DNA of 12,015 nucleotides from a virus (Duplodnaviria; Heunggongvirae; Uroviricota; Caudoviricetes): IMG/VR virus record IMGVR_UViG_2703718843_000006; one strand, 5' to 3'. Shown piece by piece: positions 1 to 7,579 of this stretch (position 1 is its first letter; each line of letters starts with the position of its first letter). The notes under the pieces were generated by a model. It saw only the letters and a program-made list of their open reading frames with translations, ran no database searches and was not told where the DNA came from. The position numbers and the translations under genes were made by a program.

Positions 1-1992
1 CTAAGATTGTATCGAAGTCGGAAGTCTTTCCGTTTTTTCTACAATTTTTGCTGTGAGTTCATCAGGCCCCATATCTTCTGCAATTTCTAACTCTTTCAAC
101 TTAAGTTTATCGATCAGGTCGTTATATCTAAGATCATACTCATTTAAAATATGCTTCCACGTTTTGACGTAAATTTTCATATTTGTTGTTTTTTGAACCA
201 AGCCAAACTCACCATGTATTTTATTAGTTTCTAGATCTGATGATAAATTTGCGGCAGTGATTTTACTATTAGATATATCATTCCCAACTAAAATAAAATC
301 CCATTTTGTATTTTCGTCTTTGAATTCATCAGTTGCAGATATTATATTTTTATATAGTTTTATTTGTGCGAGTTCTTCATCACCGAGTTTTATACTTGGT
401 TTCTTTAATTCAATCACAATGCAATGAAAGTATTCTTCATTGTTTTCAGTGTAGCGTTTTGTTTTTTGCGCTGCAAATATATCCATTTCTTTATTTTTGT
501 CTGGGTGCTCCACACTATACTTATTATAATGTTCTTCGTTAAAGCCTTTAATTTTCTCAAGGTATTTCCTTAGAGCTTTATCAAACTTATCTTCTTCGGA
601 TGCAACTAGAGTGTATTGCTCCCCAAAAAGCCATAAGTTATTTTCTATACTCTTTTGAATGTGTTTTACCTCATACGACTCTTTCTTTTTTTCATATAAC
701 ATTTTTTTAAAATAATCAATAATATCCAGTCTGTCGTTAATGAATGATAAAGTCCTAGTGATATTAGAGAGTGAACTTCTTTTTATTACGGATGAAAGTT
801 TATCAACCTCATCTTCGGATAAGGAAACTATCCCTTCAAAAATATCAAAGAGATTGGATAAGTTATTTGTTTCAACAATTCTATCCAATAGTTTAATTAG
901 GATTTTCTTTTGTTTCTTATTTAATGATGAGAAAATTTGAGGTTCAGCCTCATAAATTACTTTAATAGTTTCAATGAGTTGATTCCTTTTAAATTCATTG
1001 AGCATTCTATTCTCACCTTTATACTCTGGAAATACACCCTCATTTAAATAGCTTTGAATGAGTTGATCTGCTGCATTATTTTTATATTTTCTGTACTCTT
1101 CCCTTAATTGCCCCTTAACCTTAAGGCTGATATATTTAAAAGCATCTGAATCAACACTGTTTTCCGATTCACTAAACAAATCACTTGATTCAGAAAAATC
1201 ATCAAACCAACTTGATGTGACATAGGATGAACAATCAAATCCTTTTTTGTTCATCTCAGAAAACTCTTTGTAAACAATATCACCGAGGTTGTTTAAATAA
1301 TATATGTATGATTTTTCTACTACTGGCTTGCTGGACCATATGACTGTTTTTGAGTTGAAATCTTCATCTCCAAACTCAGTAATATTTGAAGTTGAAGAAT
1401 ATCCGATTGGGTTCATAGGTTGGCCGTTTATTTTTAAATTTAATTTTGGCTTGGCCACCAATAACCACGATATATCGTTCTGCAAAAAAGGTATGACTGT
1501 TGAGCTAAAATAATCCTCAGCCATTGTTACGGGGTTAAATACGACCTTAGTTCCAGAGTTTTTACGATGGCATGTGGATAAATCTGAGTGCTCATATTCA
1601 TTCAGATGCGATGAAACTATAGTTAGCGTAAATTCCTCTCCATTTCGCCAACTATTCCATTCGGCTTTGTCAGCGAATTTACAGAATGAAAATCGCCCCT
1701 TACCTTTATGCCCTCTTGTGACAGGTGTTCTTTTTGCTTTCTTCTTGGAATCTAAAAATTGCCCAAAGGTTTCATCGACTTCATTGAAATCGATGCCAGT
1801 TCCATCATCAATGATTTCTATTGAGGATATTCCACTTAAACCATTCGGAATAACTGTAATGTTAACATTTGTGGCCTCGGCATCAAAAGCATTCCAAATA
1901 TATTCGGAAATGGCTTTTTCAACCGTAAGTTTTTCTAATTGGCTTTTAATACTTCTTTCAGAATTTTTTGTTTGTTTTTTTTGAATAGCCAT
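1..1992 (-). CDS. GHKL/Bergerat-fold ATPase fused to C-terminal PD-(D/E)xK-like putative nuclease module; 663 aa; cargo gene in satellite hotspot
   Basis: Complete ORF: ATG at 1992..1990, stop at 3..1 (window edge). ATP-binding motifs read from the translation: N-box EYIWNAFDAEATN, G1 box IEIIDDGTGIDF, G2-like RGHKGKGRFS. C-terminal segment has D...ExK spacing (EMDIFAA ... HCIVIELKKP) typical of the restriction-endonuclease-like fold. Central Ser/Asp/Glu- and Lys-rich helical linker. Gene is strongly AT-rich relative to the adjacent satellite core. Confidence 0.6.
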   Translation of the reverse strand: MAIQKKQTKNSERSIKSQLEKLTVEKAISEYIWNAFDAEATNVNITVIPNGLSGISSIEIIDDGTGIDFNEVDETFGQFLDSKKKAKRTPVTRGHKGKGRFSFCKFADKAEWNSWRNGEEFTLTIVSSHLNEYEHSDLSTCHRKNSGTKVVFNPVTMAEDYFSSTVIPFLQNDISWLLVAKPKLNLKINGQPMNPIGYSSTSNITEFGDEDFNSKTVIWSSKPVVEKSYIYYLNNLGDIVYKEFSEMNKKGFDCSSYVTSSWFDDFSESSDLFSESENSVDSDAFKYISLKVKGQLREEYRKYKNNAADQLIQSYLNEGVFPEYKGENRMLNEFKRNQLIETIKVIYEAEPQIFSSLNKKQKKILIKLLDRIVETNNLSNLFDIFEGIVSLSEDEVDKLSSVIKRSSLSNITRTLSFINDRLDIIDYFKKMLYEKKKESYEVKHIQKSIENNLWLFGEQYTLVASEEDKFDKALRKYLEKIKGFNEEHYNKYSVEHPDKNKEMDIFAAQKTKRYTENNEEYFHCIVIELKKPSIKLGDEELAQIKLYKNIISATDEFKDENTKWDFILVGNDISNSKITAANLSSDLETNKIHGEFGLVQKTTNMKIYVKTWKHILNEYDLRYNDLIDKLKLKELEIAEDMGPDELTAKIVEKTERLPTSIQS

Positions 1993-2370
1993 AATAATCC
2001 CGACTTAATCAGACTCCTATGTTAGAAATGATTGTATATGTTTTCTGTGAAAATTCTATAAATTACACGTAACACTTTGTTTGATTTCTGATTTTGATAG
2101 GGCCATCTCAGTTACGACAACAAGCTTAATATTCGCAAACCTCTTATCTATGTGTGCCCAGTACCCACAGCATTACCATTTATTTCCATTCCGTGCGCAG
2201 CCCCGCCCGCCTGCCCGCTTCGCTTAACAGAATGGTTTTCATGCACCCGGTAAATCGCCTCAGGAGCCGCCACACAAGGGCTTTCACGTCAAAAATGATG
2301 CATGAGACTCATGCGTTTTCATGCGCCATAGACATGCACTCATGCGCTCTCAGGCCAGCCAGGAAAAAGG

Positions 2371-2415
2371 CGTAAAAAATCCCGGTGCCGGGCCGGGATT
2401 AGGTAGGCGTTTTTT
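2371..2415. terminator. Rho-independent terminator downstream of the Ogr/Delta gene (hairpin 2378-2400)
   Basis: Perfect 8-bp stem AATCCCGG/CCGGGATT with 7-nt loop. On the minus-strand transcript it is followed directly by a U-run (plus-strand A-run 2374-2379). On the plus strand a T-run (2410-2415) follows 9 nt after the stem, so it is weaker in that direction. Confidence 0.6.
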
Positions 2416-2420
2416 GCTAA

Positions 2421-2693
2421 TCAGACAGGGATTTGCTGGCGGCTTGATAACTTTGATGCAGAGCCATAGCGATTGAGCGTTTGCTGTTGTTTTTCCGGCA
2501 TTTGTGCTTTGTCTGATTCCTGTTCATTGCGCCGGGGCTTCATAATTATCGTATCCACACTTTCCAGAGCGGTAAATGTGCAGGAACATTCAAGATTCTG
2601 GCACTGATACCATGAGCGTTTAACCGACGGTGCTTCATAGGCGGTGGTTCTGGCGTGTGCAACGGTGCCGCATTCAGGACATTTCAGCGCCAT
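2421..2693 (-). CDS. Ogr/Delta-family zinc-finger late-gene transcription activator (90 aa)
   Basis: Translation MALKCPECGTVAHARTTAYEAPSVKRSWYQCQNLECSCTF carries the C-x2-C-x21-C-x4-C zinc finger and the HART/QCQN signature of P2 Ogr / P4 Delta activators. Start overlaps the upstream gene stop (ATGA at 2691-2695); GGAGG Shine-Dalgarno 8 nt upstream. Confidence 0.85.
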   Translation of the reverse strand: MALKCPECGTVAHARTTAYEAPSVKRSWYQCQNLECSCTFTALESVDTIIMKPRRNEQESDKAQMPEKQQQTLNRYGSASKLSSRQQIPV

Positions 2694-3454
2694 CAGATAC
2701 CCTCCATATCACGGTTACGTTTCTGCAGCTCTTCACGTTCCTGACGGATCTTCATTTTGTGAAGGGCCGCCGGTGACGGGATTTTGCTTAAATCGACACG
2801 AGCCGCATAATCCGGCGCAACGCCCGCCAGTTTGAACACAGGGTCCTGTTCCGGCATCGCAGCGTTAGTAAGAGCCGGTCTGGTGATATGTTTGTGAATA
2901 AAGTCTTTCAGTACTGTGTCCGGGTCATTAACTGAATTCACCACCCCCACAACGGCACTGGCTTCCCGCCCCATTGTGGTTTTGAGCAGGCTCAGTGTCT
3001 GGATTAACGCCTTGCCATGCGCCTGCATGAAGTCTTCCCAGATTTGCTTTGCGCGAATTTCCACAAGGGTGTTATGTGCGCTGATATACTGCCCGGCTAA
3101 TTTCCCGGCTTCCTGCGGTAATAAGGCATTTTCGCTTTCCTGAGCTGCCAGCAGTTCATCAAAATCCTCAAGCGTTTCGCGTCCCAGCGCAATTTCCGTG
3201 CGCAGCTTTTTCATTTCCTTTGAGACAACGCCCTGACTTTCACGAAACAGCGTGCGCCACTCCTCATTCAGTGCGTTCGTCGTGGCTTCCATTTCAGCCC
3301 GGCGCTGGCGGATAGTTGCAATATTATCCGCTGCCGCTTTCTGCCGACGACGTGCTTCAAGCCATGCGCTTCTGGCTGTGTTCAGGGTTTCCAGCGCCCG
3401 CTGCGTGACAGCCGGAAAAGTGGAAAGGTTGTTATTCTCTGCAGTGTTGTTCAT
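2693..3454 (-). CDS. Sid/Psu-family capsid-binding protein (253 aa), more likely Sid-like (capsid size determination) than Psu
   Basis: Translation resembles P4 Psu as recalled from memory (SAWLEARRRQKAA ... AGQYISAHNTLVEIRAKQIWEDFMQAHGKALIQTL versus Psu AAWLQRK ... AGRYIRSHEAVQHISIRDRLNDFMQQHGTALAAAL). Size and position immediately upstream of the Ogr/Delta gene match P4 sid. AGGAG Shine-Dalgarno 5 nt upstream of ATG 3454. Confidence 0.7.
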   Translation of the reverse strand: MNNTAENNNLSTFPAVTQRALETLNTARSAWLEARRRQKAAADNIATIRQRRAEMEATTNALNEEWRTLFRESQGVVSKEMKKLRTEIALGRETLEDFDELLAAQESENALLPQEAGKLAGQYISAHNTLVEIRAKQIWEDFMQAHGKALIQTLSLLKTTMGREASAVVGVVNSVNDPDTVLKDFIHKHITRPALTNAAMPEQDPVFKLAGVAPDYAARVDLSKIPSPAALHKMKIRQEREELQKRNRDMEGI

Positions 3455-3485
3455 GACTTCTCCTGTCGGGTTGGTTCGTTACGTC

Positions 3486-3546
3486 AATTGTGTCGTGGCT
3501 GACACAAGCGCACTATCGGTGCTCAGTGTGTGGTAGCTGGCACAAC
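3486..3546 (-). promoter_or_regulatory. Putative Delta/Ogr-dependent late promoter (Psid-like) with two TGTG-N10-CACA dyads
   Basis: Dyad A TTGTGTC-N6-GACACAA at 3488-3507 (centre 3497.5) and dyad B TGTG-N10-CACA at 3527-3544 (centre 3535.5), 38 bp apart, 43 and 81 bp upstream of the sid-like ATG. Both fit the TGT-N12-ACA activator-site consensus of P2/P4 late promoters. Confidence 0.5.
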
Positions 3547-3631
3547 GGGCGTTTGCGGTTATTCAGACGTGGCTATGAAAGCCAGCCAGATAAAAATGCC
3601 TCTGCTTCAGCCTGCTTTATGTCCCCGATGC

Positions 3632-3828
3632 GGTGGAACAGGTGGAACAGGTGTTACAGCCTTGTTTTGTAATGCATTTATAGGTAAAGCACAGGTGGAA
3701 CATCGCGGGTAACAAGGTGGAACAGCGGATCGGCTGGCGTTCCACCTGTTCCACCTCACTATTTCAGAAGGTGGAACAGTTTCAGCCCTTGTAAAACACG
3801 GTTGTTCCACCTGTTACACTTGTTACCC
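3632..3828. repeat. Iteron array, putative primase-bound replication origin (ori/crr-like)
   Basis: At least eight copies of GGTGGAACAG or its complement TGTTCCACC: tandem 9-bp units 3632-3659; 3694-3702; 3716-3725; inverted 3739-3746 and 3747-3755; 3770-3779; inverted 3803-3811. Flanked by inverted GGGTAACAAG (3707-3716) / CTTGTTACCC (3819-3828) and AT-rich spacers. Lies just downstream of the primase gene stop (3855). Core resembles the P4 type I iteron TGTTCACC (from memory). Confidence 0.7.
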
Positions 3829-3854
3829 TTAATAAATAAAACTCACGCAAAGCC

Positions 3855-6527
3855 TTAACCCGGAACCTCGCTGTTGAAGACATAGAGCCTGCGGGGATTC
3901 ATCTCTGGCGGGCGAATGTTTGTCTGCAGCTTGCCATCGGTGGAGGGCAGCAGATATCCACGATCCGCGCACAGACGTGCCACCTTGCGCGGGTCAAATC
4001 CCCGGCAGATTTCTTTCCAGCCGGACGGCATGACGTAGAACGTGGTGACGGCTTCCGTGCCCTGCGCGGTACTGCCTTTCTCCACCCTGCGCCAGCCCAC
4101 CATATTGCCGGGGCGGTTACGCTCGTCGTGCCAGTCAGCAAAGCGGCTGTACTGATTCGCGGTAAAGAAGCTGCGTACCTGCTCCAGTGCGGCAATATCT
4201 TCCTGATTGGCGGTGTGCCCGCGATCTTTCAGCCATGCGTTCAGGCAGACGCGGGTTGCCCGCAGCGCTTCACCCTCAGGCCAGCCGGTGATACCCAGCC
4301 GGGTTGCCAGCTCGCCCGCCATCGCCACCAGTGCAAAGCGGTTCACAGCCCGGCCCACCTGATTGCCCGCATCTTTCGGGGTCAGGGCGGCGGTATATTC
4401 CTTCATCAGTGACTTTGCCTGTGCCGTCAGCCCGTTAAGGTCAGCGGTCAGGGCTTTCAGCCACTCCCTGAACGGCGAACCGTAGTAGCTGGACGTGGCC
4501 CACTCCAGATGTTCCGCCAGAGCTTTGCCGCTGTCGAAGCCGTGCAGCTCCTCAAATACGCCAAACTTCCCGGAATCGCTGGGGATCTGGATCATCCTGA
4601 CTTCCATCCCGGCAAAGGTACGCTCCCCGGCTTTTGCCGCATGTTCAGTCAGTGACAGCTCGCCGGTTGAAAAGAACAGCAGCCGCCACTGCTTACGGGT
4701 GCGCAGCTCACCGTCCGTACCGGCACGGCCCTTGCCCTGACCGTTTGCCAGCATGTAGGCGATATTGCCAGCCTCGCGTCCGTCCACCTCCCGGATCTCA
4801 TCGAGCATCATGGCGGCATCGTTGCGGCGGCTGGCGCATCCCTCCAGCGCGTTGCCGGTTGCCCGCCACGTCTGCCAGTAGTCAGGCCCGCCGCAGACGG
4901 AGGTTGCCGCTTTCATGGTGGTGGTCTTACCGTCCGTCGATTCCCCCTTGAGGTGGTAGCCGCCGCCGTCCATACCAACCAGCCGTAACAGTGGTGCAGC
5001 AAAAGCCAGACTGACGGCAAACGCCACGCGGGAGTTGCCGGTGCAGTAGCGGGATACGTGCTCCCGCCATTCCTCCGTTGTGCCCGACACGCGGAAATCA
5101 CGCCCCTGCACGGAAGTGGTCTGGAGAATGACACTTTCCGCACCTTCACCGCTGACCTCATCCTGCAGGACGTAAACCTGACCATGCCACCCGGTACGGC
5201 TGACGCAGGTCACGCGGCGTTCCGGTTTACACAGCGAGATATATTCCATCAGGCGTGCGCGGGCCTCGCCGGTGGTGCTGATATAGGACAGCCCGTTAAC
5301 CAGCAGTACCCGGCGCAGTTCCTCACCGCTGCCGCTCAGCATTTCCATCGGCATCGCCCAGCGGCGGCGCTCACCCCACGTATCTTCCCACTCCAGCAGT
5401 CGCCCGAAGTTACCGCCATCGGCATCGCAGGTGATTGCCGTCACGCGCAGCGGATTGCATATTTTGACGTTCTGGATCTCCGTCTCACCGTTGCGCTGTA
5501 CCTGTTTTTCATACCAGAGATATTCCTGGGTAAGACGGAACCCGTGCGGCAGCTGCGTGCGGCCTTCCCCGCACAGTACCAGACCGTTACGAAAGGCTTC
5601 ACGGGCACGGGTAATACCGTGCTCCCGATGGAAATCATTCCAGTCAGCCTTAATCTCTCCCGGTGGCAGCGTCATCCAGCCGCCGACGGCTTTTGCCGCC
5701 CGTTCAGCAAAGGATCTGCCGGGATTCTCGCCCCCGTCCTGAAAATCGTTATCACCGGCGATGATAATTTTTACCTCAGGCCAGCGTGCCCGCAGCGACT
5801 GCGCCACGTTGGGCAGGTTGCCCGCAGATATGGCAGCAACTACGCATCCGGCGGTGAGCTGGCTTACCGTCAGCGCCGTGGCGTAACCTTCGGTAATCAC
5901 CACCTGTACCGGCGGTTCAGACGGTAACGGGCTGAGCGCCACAAACGCGCCTTTCATCGTACTGCCGGGCAGTATGCTTTTTTCACCCGTCGGGGCGATA
6001 AGCTGCGCACCGGTCACGGCTCCGGCGTTGGTGGTGAGCGGTAACAGCAGGGAACCGGCAGGAAAATCCTTACCGCTGATATGCTGCACGCTCCCGGTCA
6101 GGGAGGCCGGGTATCCGGCGAACCCTTTTCCGGTCAGATAGGGGCTTTCTCCCGTGTGGCTCTCTTTCATCAGCGCCGCCACGGTAAGGCTCATGTCACG
6201 TTTAGGGGCTTTTTGCCTGGCGGGCTTAACAGACAGTTCCTGCACATCCGGCACATTAAGCACCTGCGCCACCTCCTGCGCGGCCTTTCTGACGCCGTAA
6301 CCGGTTATGAGCTTAACCAGATCCAGACCGTCACCATTGCCGCACTGGCTGCAAATCCACGTCCCGCGCCCGTCAAGGTCATCGAGGCGAAAACGATCCT
6401 TGCCCCCACATTTCGGGCAGGGACCGTGCCTGCCGTTTTCAGGTACATCAATACGCAGCATCTGCAGAATAACGGGCCATTTCCCCTGTGCAGCCTCTGC
6501 AACCTGTGAAACTTTCTGTGTTGTCAT
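3855..6527 (-). CDS. P4 alpha-like DNA primase-helicase (zinc ribbon + TOPRIM + P-loop NTPase), 890 aa
   Basis: N-terminal Zn ribbon CPKCGG...CSQCG; TOPRIM motifs VVITEGYATALT and IIAGDNDF; Walker A GESTDGKTT and Walker B-like AAMMLDEI. Start overlaps the upstream gene stop (ATGA at 6524-6527). Confidence 0.9.
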   Translation of the reverse strand: MTTQKVSQVAEAAQGKWPVILQMLRIDVPENGRHGPCPKCGGKDRFRLDDLDGRGTWICSQCGNGDGLDLVKLITGYGVRKAAQEVAQVLNVPDVQELSVKPARQKAPKRDMSLTVAALMKESHTGESPYLTGKGFAGYPASLTGSVQHISGKDFPAGSLLLPLTTNAGAVTGAQLIAPTGEKSILPGSTMKGAFVALSPLPSEPPVQVVITEGYATALTVSQLTAGCVVAAISAGNLPNVAQSLRARWPEVKIIIAGDNDFQDGGENPGRSFAERAAKAVGGWMTLPPGEIKADWNDFHREHGITRAREAFRNGLVLCGEGRTQLPHGFRLTQEYLWYEKQVQRNGETEIQNVKICNPLRVTAITCDADGGNFGRLLEWEDTWGERRRWAMPMEMLSGSGEELRRVLLVNGLSYISTTGEARARLMEYISLCKPERRVTCVSRTGWHGQVYVLQDEVSGEGAESVILQTTSVQGRDFRVSGTTEEWREHVSRYCTGNSRVAFAVSLAFAAPLLRLVGMDGGGYHLKGESTDGKTTTMKAATSVCGGPDYWQTWRATGNALEGCASRRNDAAMMLDEIREVDGREAGNIAYMLANGQGKGRAGTDGELRTRKQWRLLFFSTGELSLTEHAAKAGERTFAGMEVRMIQIPSDSGKFGVFEELHGFDSGKALAEHLEWATSSYYGSPFREWLKALTADLNGLTAQAKSLMKEYTAALTPKDAGNQVGRAVNRFALVAMAGELATRLGITGWPEGEALRATRVCLNAWLKDRGHTANQEDIAALEQVRSFFTANQYSRFADWHDERNRPGNMVGWRRVEKGSTAQGTEAVTTFYVMPSGWKEICRGFDPRKVARLCADRGYLLPSTDGKLQTNIRPPEMNPRRLYVFNSEVPG

Positions 6528-6907
6528 ACTTCCCCCTGATACAGCGCCGCACCCGTGCTGCAGAAGTCATCAAAAGCCGCCGGAAGCGTACGGTACAGCT
6601 CCGTCATCACTTCACAGCCGCGCACGGTCAGTACCGGCGGCGCGGTCAGCAGTGACGGCTCCAGCATGTCAGTCAGCAGTGCCAGTGCGGCAGCGGCTCC
6701 CTGTGCTTCGCCATATTCGTTAATCAATGCGCACTCGATATGCAGGGCAATGGCCATTTCAATACGTTCAACCGTCAGGCTGTGCGGACCATATTGATCG
6801 CTGCCGGTTTCGTTCAGCGTTTTCTGCCGCCATGCCGATGCAATAGCCCGCCGGTACAGCGCGGTGGTCATTTCTGCCGGGAAAATGGAAACCTGCGGCT
6901 GGTTCAT
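6524..6907 (-). CDS. Hypothetical protein (127 aa), satellite replication-operon gene
   Basis: Strong AAGGAGGTG Shine-Dalgarno before ATG 6907; start overlaps the upstream stop (ATGA) and its own stop overlaps the primase start. GC-rich codon usage like the primase gene. No family recognised. Confidence 0.7.
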   Translation of the reverse strand: MNQPQVSIFPAEMTTALYRRAIASAWRQKTLNETGSDQYGPHSLTVERIEMAIALHIECALINEYGEAQGAAAALALLTDMLEPSLLTAPPVLTVRGCEVMTELYRTLPAAFDDFCSTGAALYQGEV

Positions 6908-7188
6908 CTGACACCTCCTTCAATCAGTGCGCAGCTGTGCGCAATATCCGTCAAATCTGCCCGCAAGTACTCCATCAGCGCGGCGACACCCGGCGCACAG
7001 CCTGTATCGAGCGCTCCGACCTGAGACGGGTATTCAGAAAAGAGAAGCTGGAGCAGGTCGCAGGCATTTCTTGCGCGGGTCAGCTTTCCGAAACCGTCCT
7101 CTGACAATCCATAGGCAAAAGCACCGGCATTGTGTTTTTCAGGCAAAGTGTGGCCCTGAGCACTGTTGTGCCCGTTTGAAATATTCAT
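6904..7188 (-). CDS. Hypothetical acidic protein (94 aa); size and position compatible with a P4 epsilon-like function, not sequence-verified
   Basis: ATG at 7188 with GGAG 9 nt upstream; translationally coupled to the next gene. No motif recognised. Confidence 0.6.
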   Translation of the reverse strand: MNISNGHNSAQGHTLPEKHNAGAFAYGLSEDGFGKLTRARNACDLLQLLFSEYPSQVGALDTGCAPGVAALMEYLRADLTDIAHSCALIEGGVR

Positions 7189-7219
7189 CGTGGATTACTC
7201 CGTTTTCAGCGGTGTTTTG

Positions 7220-7579
7220 TCAGAGAAACTTTGAATAGTGACTGTCGTCAGGTTCAGCAGAACGCCGTATGCTGCGCTCCCGCCAGCGGGTAAATACCAC
7301 AGACGGATGCAGTGTCAGCGGGCCGGAGCCACTACCGCCTGCCGGAGCTGGTGAAGGTTTAAAGAGCGGCGCATCAAACAGACGCGTATACCGCTGTTCA
7401 AACCATGCCAGAGGGCAGGAAGAAAGCTGGTTGTCGCTGTCATGACGTATCAGCACTTCACAGCTGAATTCAGGATTAACCAGCGCCACGGAGGGCAAGG
7501 CTTCAATTAATCGGATGATTGTGACGGTCCAGCCACGCTCATGCTGCCAGCGTTCGCCGGGTTGCGGATAATTACGCAT
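7220..7579 (-). CDS. Hypothetical protein (119 aa)
   Basis: Start placed at ATG 7579 (MRNYPQ...) rather than the track start 7609, because a GGAGGTGA Shine-Dalgarno lies immediately upstream. No family recognised. Confidence 0.6.
   Translation of the reverse strand: MRNYPQPGERWQHERGWTVTIIRLIEALPSVALVNPEFSCEVLIRHDSDNQLSSCPLAWFEQRYTRLFDAPLFKPSPAPAGGSGSGPLTLHPSVVFTRWRERSIRRSAEPDDSHYSKFL

Noticed and set aside
333-1984. Plus-strand ORFs 333..542, 740..940, 1304..1513, 1574..1984 inside the cargo gene
   Set aside because: Antisense to a 663-aa ORF with clear ATPase motifs; low-complexity, Phe/Leu/Cys-rich translations typical of AT-rich antisense frames.
2154-2375. Plus-strand 73-aa ORF in the GC-rich noncoding tract
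   Set aside because: Starts with GTG, no ribosome-binding site, His/Arg-rich composition; the region is better explained as repeats or a cos-like noncoding element.
2693-3454. Calling the 253-aa protein Psu (polarity suppression)
   Set aside because: Resembles Psu as recalled, but length and position immediately upstream of the Ogr/Delta gene fit Sid better; kept as Sid/Psu family.
2644-3536. Plus-strand ORFs 2644..2835, 2916..3143, 3252..3536 opposite the sid-like and delta genes
   Set aside because: Antisense to genes with recognisable family features; Arg/Ser/Cys-rich.
3490-3810. ORFs 3490..3672 (+), 3530..3712 (+), 3607..3810 (-) across the late promoter and iteron region
   Set aside because: They span the iteron repeats, so the translations are repeat-derived (WNRWNR, PVPPVPP); the region is regulatory/origin DNA.
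3632-3828. Repeat array as a possible CRISPR
   Set aside because: Units are only 9-10 bp, occur in both orientations, have no unique spacers and no cas genes nearby; the pattern fits origin iterons.
3899-6723. Numerous ORFs overlapping the primase gene on both strands (e.g. 5058..5927 +, 6081..6509 +, 6307..6723 +, 3899..4195 -, 4913..5185 -)
   Set aside because: Out-of-frame or antisense in a GC-rich gene; Arg/Pro/Ala-rich translations; the primase frame has motifs and coupling signals.
6555-7238. Plus-strand ORFs 6555..6797, 6740..7024, 6927..7238
   Set aside because: Antisense to the coupled small-gene operon; no ribosome-binding sites.
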